Shown here: piece after piece, positions 1 to 12,379 of the stretch
Layout of the letters: each line of letters begins with the position of its first letter
Position numbering within the stretch: the stretch's first letter is position 1
Assembly: GCF_006345805.1 (NCBI RefSeq)
Contig: NC_042999.1
Coordinates: 97,154,001-97,218,000 of the forward strand
Direction: 5' to 3'
Source of the DNA: Octopus sinensis
Taxonomy: Eukaryota
DNA length: 64,000 nt
The notes under the pieces: generated by a model
Seen by the model: the letters and a program-made list of their open reading frames with translations, nothing else
What the model was told of the DNA's origin: nothing
Database searches by the model: none
Position numbers and translations under genes: made by a program

Positions 1-575
1 AAAATTGTTGACAATTAGCAGATTGATAGGCTTTCCGGTAACAGTTAACAGGCTGACAGGCTTTCCGGTAAACAGAGAGTGAAATATAGGGGAATGGAAA
101 ACAGTGTAAAGAAAGATTTGGCGCAAGTAAATAATAAAAAGAGGAGAGAAAAAAGGAGACAGACTCTGCTATAGAACATGTGAAAATTAGTGACGTGTCG
201 TGATAAAATAACAGAAGAATAGAGACTGAATAAATGTCAGAGAGAGAGAGAGATATGGAAACTCGTGAACGTGTAAGACGTTGGGAAATGGAGAGAATAG
301 ACGTAGATTTTGAATAAGAAAAGCAGTGGAAATCGCATATGGTGAAAGCAGCGATGGTAGATCTTCATTTAACTTATGCTAACGTTTAAATCTATGAAAA
401 AGGGTGCAACCATTTTAACTACAAGCTTGAAACATGATTCATCGTTCACACATATGGATGAACGCGTATGTATGTACAGACATTCTAATTCGCGCTCTAT
501 CACTCTTTATATGTGTATGTATATATTACATGCTTGAGTTGTATAGTTATGTACGTGTGTGTGGGGGGGAGGTGC

Positions 576-607
<32 letters not shown>

Positions 608-685
608 TCTAACCAACTCATTCTTTCTCTAAGTTTTTTTTAAATATGAACAAATAATAATAGTAATTTCCATCGAATCTGACAG

Positions 686-846
686 GGAGAAGTTGAGCTA
701 CACGTGTTTTTCTACGACTACCACGATATTGATAAATCAGCTCAGCTTGTTGACTGGTTCGAAACACGACTGGTCCAGAAAAAGATGCCATCACATGACA
801 ACCTTTATAAAAAGCTTCGTGGAAGAAGGAAACTGTTCAAAACGAG
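686..846 (+). CDS. Internal coding exon of an uncharacterised type I membrane mucin-like gene; peptide resembles a C2/MNNL-like (Notch-ligand N-terminal) domain end
   Basis: Acceptor gacAG at 684-685, donor GTAAGT at 847. 161 nt, open as GEVELHVFFYDYHDIDKSAQLVDWFETRLVQKKMPSHDNLYKKLRGRRKLFKT+AG. Its phase-2 end matches the phase of the acceptor at 10557. Absent from the ORF track because it has no start codon. Confidence 0.75.
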
Positions 847-1021
847 GTAAGTGACACAATGAAGAGTACAAAACTACAAGCTACATATCTCTCAAAATCT
901 ATAAATTACTTATCATAGAGCCTCTGCAGAGTCACTTTACATAATACGTATAAGCACTCAAACGTCCTTCAAATCATTGTCTACTATCTTAAAAGTGAAT
1001 GGATACATTGAATAATGTAAA

Positions 1022-2270
1022 CTAGCGGGATCCGTGAATATTTCACGAAATTAATGATAAAAATTACTGGGTTATTTCTGAAAACTGTATCCAAAAGGCA
1101 TTAAAGCGTAGCCTGTATTGAGTCTGTATCGAAAGATAGTCGCTCGTCTGCTAATCATTGAAAAGTGAAGGAAATTGGAATGCGATGATTACTTAATACA
1201 CTTTATATATACACTTTATATACTTTATACACAATTTTATAGACTTAATACACAACACTTTCCCTCATTCTCTCTCACTCAGCGCCTCACCCTCTTTTTC
1301 TCTCTCCTTCTTCCGCTCTTCGCCTTTCCCTTCAACTAATCACGTGAAAGCGTTACAGACGGGCTAAGCAACGGAGAAAAACAACTTAGTTTTTAAAAAT
1401 TACACATTTCACTCACCATCAATTCTCCCTCCCCTTCACCTCCCCGTCTCCACCCCATACCTTTCCCATCCATCCACTCCTCATCACTTCCCCATTCCCT
1501 CATATCCCCATCTCCTGATCTAAATAAAATGTCAAATATGTTGGTGCGTGACTTTTGGCCCACCTTGAATGATGATGATGATGATGGTGTGTGTGTGTGT
1601 GTGTGTGTTGTCTGTGTGTGTGTGTATATATGTATACCGTATGTTTTCGTGTAAAAGTCGAATTTTTTAGACCATTTTAAGGTCAAATTTATGGGGTGAA
1701 CTATTCCATAAATACTACTTTTGAGAGGCTGAAATTCAAACTAGAATCAGCAGCAGAAACCCAACTGATCTCTAAGTGAATAAAAACAAAAAACACAATG
1801 AATCACAGTAATATTACCAATTCTATGCATCAAAACACACGTCCTAGTAAATAACAAAACCCATAAGCAATTTTCCCCAAAAATTCCTGTCCTCGGTATC
1901 TACATAGTCCGAGGTATATTTGTAGAAAATTTCATTAAAAAATATCTATTTTCATGAAAGTTAAGACGAATTGAAGTGAACTTCGGTGAATTTTCCGAAA
2001 TTCCTCACCCCCTCCAAAAAAACTCCCCTCCAAAAAAACTCCCCTCCAAAAATACTTTCCCTCCAAAATTTTGTATATTTGGAATCTACATGATATAACA
2101 CATAATCGTATAAAATTTCATTAAAAAATATCCATTTTCTGAAAGTTATGATCTTCCAGAAATCTGTAGTTATGCCCGCTACTCATATATGAACTAAAAC
2201 TATTGCTTAGGTGCACACACAATAAAAGATAAAAGACAACATATCGATACAAAGAATTCTAATATTTATT
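1022..2270 (-). mobile_element. Possible non-autonomous Helitron-like element
   Basis: Minus strand ends CGTGAA-ATA-TTCACG hairpin, 7 nt, CTAG|T at ~1022, which is the Helitron 3'-end pattern. The 5' boundary is not clear. Contains a 16-bp tandem repeat (cccctccaaaaaaact) at ~2008-2068. Confidence 0.35.
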
Positions 2271-3013
2271 TTCATTAGCCTAAATTATTTTTTATAAAAA
2301 ATGAAATTTTTTTGCTCAATTTTTCTTAGCATGGTTTTTTAAATAAACTATTTTAATAACAAGATTATTAAATTTTTTTTTTATTTTGTCTCTATGAGCA
2401 GTACTGAATCATGTAGTAGGGCTGTTCAGAAAGGGCAAATGACAAAAATTCAAATATTTTAACAGTCAATTTTCACTTTTTAAATTTTCAAACATGGAGT
2501 TAATTATTGGCATACTAAAAGTGACTTTATTTATAATTTATTTATTAATTTTATAGTAAATAGAATATGATTATTTGTGGCTTTGTCTCTGTGAGCAGTA
2601 CTGAAGTCTGTAGTAAGGCTGTTCAGAAAAGGCAAATGCTACTTGTAATCATATTCTGTTCAATATTAATTTAATTTAATTTATTTAACATAAAGTCATT
2701 TTATTGAATTTGTATCTTCATTTTTTTTTTCTTCATTATTTTAAAAATTCTTTAAATATATTCATTTGTAACTTTGTCCCTGTACAGTACCGAAATTACA
2801 GTACGTACATTATGTCCAGAAAAGCCAGAGTTGCAATGATTATCATGCATTTTTAATTTAATTTCTGAATGAGAATAAGTCAAATGAAAAAAATCAAAAT
2901 TTTGTTTGAGTTTTCTTGGAAATTTTTGAATTCAAAATGACTGCAAATAATGGCAATTTTATATATTTTTAATTAAAATTTTACTATTACTGCAATGCCT
3001 GTAAAAACACAGG

Positions 3014-3372
3014 ACTAGCCAATGAAAAATGCAGACGCATACTAACAATATTCTTAACAATTAAACCTGGAAAAGTAGAGGACAAAAAAACTCATTAAAA
3101 TTAAAGCTTAAAATATTACTGCTAAAATCAAAATTTCAAAATTTATTATTAATTCATTTAGTACAAAAATTAAAATTAAAATAAAAAAAAAAAGTGAAAT
3201 TAATTGAGTTAATTAAAAAATATGAAAAAGTACCTAAGAGGTACTTTTTAATTTTAAATTTAGCAGCAATATTTTGAGCTCTAGTTTCAATGAATTTTTT
3301 TCTTGTCCTCTACTTTTCCAGGTTTAATTTTTAAGAATATTGTTAGTATGCGTCCGCATTTTTCATTGGCTA

Positions 3373-3374
<2 letters not shown>
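3014..3374. mobile_element. Foldback/MITE-like inverted repeat
   Basis: 3014-3085 is the reverse complement of 3303-3374 with 2 mismatches; weaker pairing continues inward; AT-rich centre. Confidence 0.7.
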
Positions 3375-3375
<1 letters not shown>

Positions 3376-3423
<48 letters not shown>

Positions 3424-3518
3424 TGTGTGTTTATTTATATACATGTATATATTTGTGCATGTATGTATGCATACAGACAGACAGACAGACAGACAGACAG
3501 GCAGGCAGGCAGACAGAC

Positions 3519-3600
<82 letters not shown>
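3376..3600. repeat. Compound microsatellite (GT)n/(GACA)n/(GATA)n
   Basis: Direct reading. Confidence 0.95.
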
Positions 3601-3601
<1 letters not shown>

Positions 3602-4717
3602 TGTTTCTTTATTAGCCACACAGGGCTGCACACAGATAGAACAAATTACAAGGTAGAGCTTTTCTTTTGAAGGTTTAAAAAAACAAAAAAAAAAAAAAAA
3701 AGGAAGGGGGAGTTTCGATCAAAAGGGATCGTAAAAGGAGAGAAAGAGGACAAAAAAAGGGGGGTTAAAAAAAGGGGGAGAGGAAGAAAAAAAAGAGAAA
3801 AAAGAGAAAAAAAAAAAGAAAAAAAAAAATTGATCAATAGGGATCGTTATCACAGAAATGTCAATATGAAGTGTAAAGGGGAGGACAGGTGAGGTTTACC
3901 CGTGGAAAGAAAAGCCTACGGAAAAGACCACGGTAACCTCGGTCAATGAAGTCACATTTTATATTTTTTTTTTTTTTTTGCAAATAAGCAACTCTCTGTT
4001 TTCGATTTCTGGGTTCATAGGACTATGCTCAAGGTGGCTTCGTCATTCATACGTGCCATTCTTGCTACATTCACCCATCGTTTTTTAAAACATTCGCTAG
4101 ACAAAACTTGCCTCTCTACTCTCACTTTCCTTTTCAAGTGGTACTTGAAGAAGTTGATGAGAGATTGACCAGAGAGGAAAGTGTTTGTCTCCAATCCTTT
4201 CAGACGCGTCCACCAGATACATTCTTTCGCCATAGCCACAAGGATGATGAAAATAGCTCTTCCTTCCCGTTTGAAGGAGGGAGGCGTGACAATATTGACG
4301 ATAGACTCAGCTGATAAACCGACTCTTCCCACACGTGACAGCAGTTGTTCGACATAAGCCCACAGGTCGGAAATTGTTGGACACTGAACGAGTGCGTGCA
4401 GAACGGTTTCGTCGCTCTGACCGCATCTCGGGCAGGTCGGCCCCGTGTTTCTCGAGCCGTGTCTGTAGAGCTTATCCCGAACGGGTAGCGCTTCTCGGTA
4501 GCACTGCCAGGCCAGGGATCTCTGGAAGTTGTCCATGGGCCCTGGCCCGAAAGTCGTCCCGAACAGGCGGGTCAGGTACTCCTCGTCGACGTCCAGGTTC
4601 GCCCCGAGCTCGTCGTCGTACCTCCCCTCCACTAAACCCCTATAGAATGCTTTGGTTGTGTTGAAGTCACTTAAGGTCGACCCAGGACGGCAGAATTGCT
4701 TGAGAGCAACGCGACAC
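3601..4717 (-). mobile_element. 5'-truncated Tx1/L1-clade LINE (ORF2 C-terminal zf-RVT zinc finger plus 3' UTR) inside a (GATA)n tract
   Basis: ORF 4015-4632 has LAWQCYREALPV...CPRCGQSDETVLHALVQC (CCHC), and the frame stays open to ~4716. GC-rich relative to flanks. The 3' UTR ends AATAAAGAAACAT directly before (ATCT)n; (GATA)n on both sides. Confidence 0.85.

Positions 4718-4804
<87 letters not shown>
4718..4804. repeat. (GATA)n microsatellite
   Basis: Direct reading. Confidence 0.95.
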
Positions 4805-5032
4805 GTTAAAATCTAAGCTGTGTCCTCTTAAAGCACACCTGCTTATTTCAGTATTCCAAATCTGTATGTAAATGTAAGTTTATGTGAAGTATGCATACCA
4901 GTTGAAAATACTGGAAAATATTATTTGCTTCTCTGCCTGAAGAGTTTCTACTAGGATACAATTTTGAAACTCCTGTTAGCAAATGAAACACTCGTAATGG
5001 TAAATAGATACCAAAAATTTTCCAGTTTCCTG

Positions 5033-5035
<3 letters not shown>

Positions 5036-5066
<31 letters not shown>

Positions 5067-5069
5067 TAC

Positions 5070-5112
<43 letters not shown>

Positions 5113-5130
5113 ATATATAATATATATATA

Positions 5131-5205
<75 letters not shown>

Positions 5206-5265
5206 TATATATATATATCTATATATATATATATATATATATATCTATATATATATATATATATC

Positions 5266-5302
<37 letters not shown>
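5036..5302. repeat. (CA)n/(TA)n microsatellite
   Basis: Direct reading. Confidence 0.95.
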
Positions 5303-5305
<3 letters not shown>

Positions 5306-6072
5306 TGTTCCTCATATTCCATAGTTTGGTCAGTTGAAGCAATGTAGAGTAAATCATTCTGCCTAGAACAACAGGATACGCCAGCAGTGTGCTTGAACTC
5401 ATAGCTCATCCACACAACCATCGCACTTCTACAGCTGTTTCCAGAGATCACTTTGTCCACGGTTATTACTCCCCAACCAAAGTACTGGTCAATGAAAACA
5501 CAGCTTGTCAAATATGTGGTCCATAGCTTTTCGTAGAGTACAAAACAAGATGCAAATCAGAAAACCTTCGCCAACTTTGAGAATTGAACCCGTAACCCAT
5601 GGGCTAGTAATTATTATCTTTGCTAAAATAAGGAGGCAGAATTTAGACATTAAAGCCAATCCTTTTCTCACGTCAAGATGTTTAAAGAGAAGCACAGATG
5701 GTAATGACGGTGATGGTATCACAGGGGGGGGGGTAATAGTGATGTTTGCGTTAATGGTAGGAGGGTGTTGGTGGTAGTAATAATAGTGGTTACGATGGTT
5801 GTGAAGGTTGCAATGATAGTGGTGGTGATTGTGTAATAGTGATGATTGTAGAAATGGCGGTTAGGAAAGGGGTGTGGTGGTGGTGGTGGTGGTACGGTCG
5901 TGGTAGTGTTGGCATTGCTAACTATGTGGATAGCCGTGTGATTATGGTAGGAGCTGGTTGTCGTGTTGGTTGTTTTGGTGTGCGTAAGTATGTGTGCATG
6001 TGTGTTCGCGCGCGTAGTTTTGAAGAGGATAACGCTGGTGTAGGAAGGAAAGAAACGAAAGAAGAGGCGGAG

Positions 6073-6325
6073 GAAGAAGAAGAAGAAGAAGAAGAAGAAG
6101 AAGAAGAAGAAGAAGAAGAAGAAGAAGAAGAAGAAGAAGAAGAAGAAGAAGAAGAAGAAGAAGGGGTATAAGAAAATTAACTAAACGACGTATAAGACAT
6201 AGACTGGGATAAGAGTCAACAGAGAGAGAGGTCGATGTGAATGACGTAGGAGATTGTTTTCTCTTTAAAACAAGACACCAGAAAGAACGTTTTGATAATA
6301 CGGACAAGACAGAAATGATGATGAC

Positions 6326-6372
<47 letters not shown>

Positions 6373-6398
6373 CGACGACGACGACGATGACGATAATG
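6073..6398. repeat. (GAA)n tract 6073-6163 and (GAT/GAC)n tract ~6316-6398
   Basis: Direct reading. Confidence 0.9.
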
Positions 6399-7016
6399 AT
6401 TTTATAAAGAGCAAAGTGCATGTAAACGAAGTGATCTGTTAGAGTTTCGTTGTTGATCTGGTGTAATTTGTATGATATGTCAACAGGAAACTGCCACACT
6501 GTGTTTCAATAGACACAACTGTTTTTCTTTTTTTTTCTCCCTTTTATTCCTTAAATTTTTTTTTATACTTTATTATCCCTTTCTCTCGCACAATCAGAGA
6601 CGACGGACAATGCAAAAAAAAAAATCGTGACGTTCGGTACACTTTTATCAAACAAGGTCATTTGTGACGTAAATATTCATACTTGGAATCGAAACCTGTG
6701 TGCCCTGCAGATCTGGGTTTCTTGTTAAGGGAAAATTCCCCTCGGAAGTGTTCTGCATACTAAATAGAAATATGGCACGTTGTAATCTGTGTGCCGTATT
6801 TTCCGCTATATAATTCAACGTAGTACATAGGGTAAACGTGTAGTGTAAGCATTCAAGCTTCGTCTCTATCTTTCCAAATTTTGTTGCGTTTTTATTCCTC
6901 CAAGTCCACTTATCTATTTTGCTTGTAAAGTTTGGCCTGAAAAATTCGACAAGTATTGGGAACAGTAACATCGGTCGACCCTCTCTTCTGAAACTGCCAA
7001 AATTAAGAAAGTCTAT

Positions 7017-7076
<60 letters not shown>

Positions 7077-7192
7077 TTGAGGGGATAATTAATATTAATT
7101 TTAATATCAATTTAAAACCAGTAGTCCAGCATTCAAAAAATCTGAGGAGTCAGAGAAAATTCAAATATATGTGTATATTGGCAGGGCTGGCC

Positions 7193-7585
7193 TGCTAGGT
7201 AGCCGGCCAGAATGTTAGAAAAAGATCATCAACGATCAAACTACAAGGGAAATTCTCTAGAGGAAGAATTCAGCGAACACCAGAACCAACTTTGGCGGGC
7301 AGGATATATGAAAAATTAAATAAAAAACAGACTTAAATGCATACCTCGGTTTCGGTCTTAACAAAAGAATTACTTGCATAATTCAAGTGTCCGTGACTTC
7401 ATCAGTACATTCGGTCCTCGAGATGCAAACCGCAAGACTAACCCCAGCTCTCTGTGTCAAGACAGACACGTGCTTAGTCTTAGCAAAGTTGGTTCTGGTG
7501 TTCGCTGAATTCTTCCTCTAGAGAATTTCCCTTGTAGTTTGATCGCTGATGATCTTTTTCTAGCATTCTGGCCGGCTACCTAGCA
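7193..7585. repeat. 102-bp inverted repeat pair (7193-7294 / 7484-7585) enclosing a hammerhead-like spacer; probably a rearranged Penelope-like terminal repeat
   Basis: Arms are reverse complements with 2 mismatches; the spacer carries CTGATGA...GAAAC on the minus strand. Confidence 0.75.
7335..7412 (-). ncRNA. Type I hammerhead ribozyme-like motif
   Basis: Minus strand: GAATGTA-CTGATGA-AGTC...GACC-GAAAC-CGAG-GTA|TGCATTT. Stem I has 6-7 bp and the triplet is GUA. The first stem II pair is an A.C mismatch. Confidence 0.55.
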
Positions 7586-7809
7586 TATATATATATATAT
7601 ATATATATACTCTGTTGTGTCTGAGGAGAGTCATTTTCATTTTCTACCTTAAATTTTACCGATGTGTTAAATTTAAGGCACAAAAAGAAAATGACTCTTC
7701 CCAGACACAATAGAATATGCTTCAACACACGAACTCACATAAAGAATCTTGCAAACCAAATCAAAAAACGAAATGTGTGTGTATGTGTGTGTGTGTGTAA
7801 TTAATGATT

Positions 7810-8026
7810 CCTTCTTGAGCCATGCCAGGCTCATGAGGGCCGGTTTCAATACCGTATAAATTCCCCACCTGGACGGAACGCCGGTCCGTCGAAGCTGAGT
7901 GAACTGGAGCAATGGGAAATGAAGTGTTTTGCTCAAGAACACAACAGGTTGCCTGGTTCAGGAATCGAAACCACAATCTTACTATCATGAGTCCAACATC
8001 CTAATCACGAAGCCACACGCCTCCAC
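7810..8026 (-). mobile_element. tRNA-derived SINE
   Basis: Minus strand starts gtggaggcgtgtggcttcgtgattagg (A-box-like) ... ggtttcgattcc (B-box-like), followed by a non-tRNA body. Confidence 0.7.
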
Positions 8027-8158
8027 GCGCACACACACACACACACACATGTATATATTGTATCTAAATACACATTTAATTTATATGATATATATACATA
8101 TATATTTGGCGATTTTTTTTCCTCTGTCTTCCCTTTTCTGGATCTTTCCTTCTCCTAT

Positions 8159-8193
8159 GTTTCCGACGAAGAGCTCCGCTCGAAACGTTAAAC
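8159..8193 (+). ncRNA. Minimal hammerhead-like motif with variant core, within a probable Penelope-like 3' fragment (~8124-8295)
   Basis: GTTT-CCGACGA-A-GAGC/tcc/GCTC-GAAACGT-T-AAAC. Stems I and II pair; core position 4 is C rather than U. Confidence 0.4.
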
Positions 8194-8298
8194 CCTCCTT
8201 CTTTCCTTCTTCCTTGAGCGTCCAATAATACTATATTTGTTCCACGTCCTCGCGTTGTTGTGTTTTTTTGTGCTTTCTTGTTTGGATTAACTTCATAC

Positions 8299-8346
<48 letters not shown>

Positions 8347-8452
8347 CACATGAATGAAATGTGTATATAGATACAATATATATACATAAATATATATTGT
8401 ATCTATATACACATTTTATTTATATGATATATATACATATATACACATATAT

Positions 8453-8536
<84 letters not shown>

Positions 8537-9111
8537 GGAGACGATAAGGTTTAAAATATGTCATACGAAGTATTTGTACGCATCTCACTAGCTGTGGGTG
8601 ACACAAAACGTGAATGAAGCCAACGAGGAACCCTGCATATGGTTGCACAACCTGTTAGAAATAACTACCAAACTTCCCTCCAATTACACGCTACAATTTT
8701 AATAAAAGAAGAATATGTTATGTGGTGTCACCACTTGAGTGCATTCTGCCCTAGTAAAAGATGGAATGGTGTTGGCTCGAATACATTTCTTCATAGTTTT
8801 ACTTCATCAGGACTAAACCACATCTTTTTCCTCATTTTTTCTTTTTGTTATTGCTGTCATTGTTCTTCTTTGTCTTCTTTGTCGTCATCTTCTTTACCAT
8901 TATCATTGTGGTTTACTAAACAAACAAATTTTTCTGTTATCTTACGTTCACAAAATAAACCACGTGGTTGGTGACGTAATACCTGACCTCAGATGTCAAG
9001 ATGACAGCAGTTTTGTTGTCTTTTGATTTCACTATTCAGCAAATAACAAAAGCAAATGATAATAGAAAAGAAAAAGAGCAAGAAATGAGGAAAGAAAGAA
9101 AGAAAAGTAAA

Positions 9112-9465
<354 letters not shown>

Positions 9466-9937
9466 TGTATGCATAGCTGTGTGGTTAAGAGGTATACTTT
9501 ACAATTATATGGATTCAGGATCGATCCTACTAAGCAGTATTTGGAGCAAGTTCTTTTATCATAGCTTCGGGCCGCGAGCGAAACCCACCTGAATGCGTAG
9601 AAACAACCCATCTGATGCCGCGTTTCTTTCTGTTTGAGGTGGTTCCTTCAATAAATCACGTGACTTAACATCATCCTGTCAGTTGATGTCATTATCGGAT
9701 GTACGCTCTATTGCAAGTATTTAGGCTAGATCTCTAGTCTAATGATTAATGCATTTTTTATACCCATCAATCTAGGAGGCCCTGAAAAGGGTCATGGTCA
9801 TAGCCCTCCAACATCTGTCTTAATAAAAAAAACATGTGGCTGCATCAGTATGTGTATGTGTGTGTGTATATGTGAGTGTGTATTTTATTTTACCGAAGAT
9901 GACGACGACGACGACAGCGACGATGATGATGATGATG

Positions 9938-9970
<33 letters not shown>

Positions 9971-9973
<3 letters not shown>

Positions 9974-10452
9974 TAGTTTTATTTTTATAGCGTGCTTTCA
10001 CTTCACTACCGAGCGCAGCTCTGTGTGCCTTGGGTATGTGCTGTGATTTGTTGTGATGCTCTGATGGTTATTGTATGGAAAGTGTTCTGCGTAGGATGTG
10101 TGCAGTGCCTAGTAGTGCAATTTTCTGTATGTTATATGTGTTTGTAAGTCCTGGTGTTTTTGTTATGTTTTGTTATGTATTGTCTGAATATTTTTTTATC
10201 ATGCCTAATGCACCTACTATGATAGGAATTGTTTCTGTTTTCAGGTTCCACATTCTAGTTACCTCTATTTCCAGGTCTTTGTATTTTGAGAGTTTCTCCA
10301 TTTCTTTTAGAGACACGTTGTCATCTGCCGGTATTGATACATCAATTAGAAAGCATTTTTTTTCTTCATGATCTCTGACAACTATATCTGGTCTGTTGGC
10401 CTTAATTTCTCTATCTGTGTGTATCGGCATATCCCAGAGTATGGTTGCTTTC
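9971..10452 (-). mobile_element. 5'-truncated Dong/R4-clade LINE (restriction-like endonuclease C-terminus) inside a (TAA)n tract
   Basis: KATILWDMPIHTDREIKANRPDIVV...LIDVSIP...EKLSKYKDL...PIIVGALG, then after a small duplication IQKIALLGTAHILRRTL*. (TTA)n at 9939-9970 and 10453-10517. Confidence 0.85.
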
Positions 10453-10512
<60 letters not shown>

Positions 10513-10556
10513 TATTAACTGTACATCTGGTAATATTAATACTGTTTTTCTTTCAG

Positions 10557-12291
10557 CCTAGAATTTAATTGGTCGATAACCTGCTCCGACTGCTCTCGTA
10601 ACCAAACCAAGAAAACAGATAGCAAGGAAAGTGGTTCGGCCGACCCCACCGGCAAACAGTCCTCTACACAACGTGATAAACAGCAATATTCTCACTTGAA
10701 AGAATTTTTCACCTTCACAGACGAATCAGAAGACTCTCCGCCTTTATTTCATTTGCCGGAGTCAGAAATTCCATCCCAATCTCAAGTGAAAACCCAACGA
10801 GGAAATCTTATGAAATCTAAACAAAGACGTATCAATAATGACGTGAATCTTACCTCTAGTGCTGCATCCCGTCTTCTGTCGCCACACTTTAATTCCACAC
10901 TGAAGCAATTCAGAATCAGAAAGACCTTTGTGGTGAAAAACAAGAAGTCTAATACAGGAAATGGGATGGGACACAAGAAATTGTCAAAAACAGTGAAACT
11001 TAGCAGAGCGGGTAGTAGAAGTTTACCAATACTAACAGATAACAAAGGCGGGGTCTTAAACTCAAAAAGAAATCATCTTAAAGTTATTCGGAAAAAAATA
11101 TCACGACTAGAAAATGATAACTTATCAACTGGAATGGTTAGTTCTAAAAACCGCATAGTTGACCATATAAATACTGCTCCTCCTTTGACTTTTAATAAAA
11201 CTTCAGAAAATGTAATGACAACTCCACTGCCTCCAAGTCATTCTAGTGTCTTGAGAAATCCAAATAATACTGGCAAACATACTGAGCTTCGTTTATCAAA
11301 GAAGGGAATTGACGAGAGGTTTATAGAGACAGTGGTGGCTGCTGTGGAAGACATTTCAAGCGATCAGGTGGATAAAGTAAAATCTTTACGACCTCTAGAG
11401 CATTCAAAAGAACGAAATTTAGAGGCGGGTTCAATTCCAGATAAATTAGAATCGATTGCAAATTTAGTTAAAATTACTCAGAAAGCCAATGAAGATTACG
11501 TTAAATCAGAAAGTGAAAATGCTCAAAATTCTATCGAAGAAGAGTATCTTAGGTACTCTTCCATCCGTTCGGAAAGTGAAAGCAGCACAGCATTTCCAAG
11601 AGACAGTTTGACTCCAGATAACATGAAGAGCATATCATGGACCATCGTGCCTACTCATAAAACTGATTCTAGATCAGAAACTGCTGACTCTAGATCAGAA
11701 AGTAACCCCTTTGAAACGATACCTAGAGATGAATCAAATCCAGATTTGGAATTTAAAAGTCCAAAATTAAATAGTAAAAAAGCCAGTCAAAAGCTAACAT
11801 CAACTATTGCCAAAGAATCGAGTTATTACCAAAATTCTGTAAATGGAAGTTTAAGCCGAATTAAAGTGACAAACAAATTTTCTATGCGGAATTCACATAT
11901 ACGGCGAACGTTTGAGTCACAGGGTGCTACCCAAAATTATCTTTCGAGGGAGTCTCAGACAGCAACAACAACAACTAATACCGTAACAGCAGCAACAACA
12001 ACAGAGTCAGCAATAAGAACTCCTTCAAGAGCAGTTACACCACCAATAATTACAACAACAGCAGGGACAACAAAAACAACACAGCGGTATTTTGACGTTC
12101 GAATACCATCAGAAAAGAAAGACAAAAGTCCAACCAAAACGCAAGTGAAAGAGGGGACTGGATCAACTGTGTCAGCACACATGGTGGTTACATCAAGGAT
12201 CGGGAAAGGTGTTAAACCTTCGGCTGCTGATCAACTAATCATACCGATAACCCAACCAAAGTCGCAATCGGAAGTACAGCCGTCCTCGAAC

Positions 12292-12379
<88 letters not shown>

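Noticed and set aside
4335-4664. Plus-strand 109-aa ORF; likewise 15990-16271 and 11955-12701
   Set aside because: Antisense shadows of GC-richer coding sequence on the other strand.
4915-5010. CTGAAGA...GAAAC...GTA hammerhead-like string
   Set aside because: Stem II overlaps the core and stem I is out of register; at best a heavily decayed relic.
5839-6499. Poly-Glu ORF (+) and poly-Leu/Ile ORF (-)
   Set aside because: Produced by (GAA)n and (GAT)n tracts in an intron; no splice or codon support.
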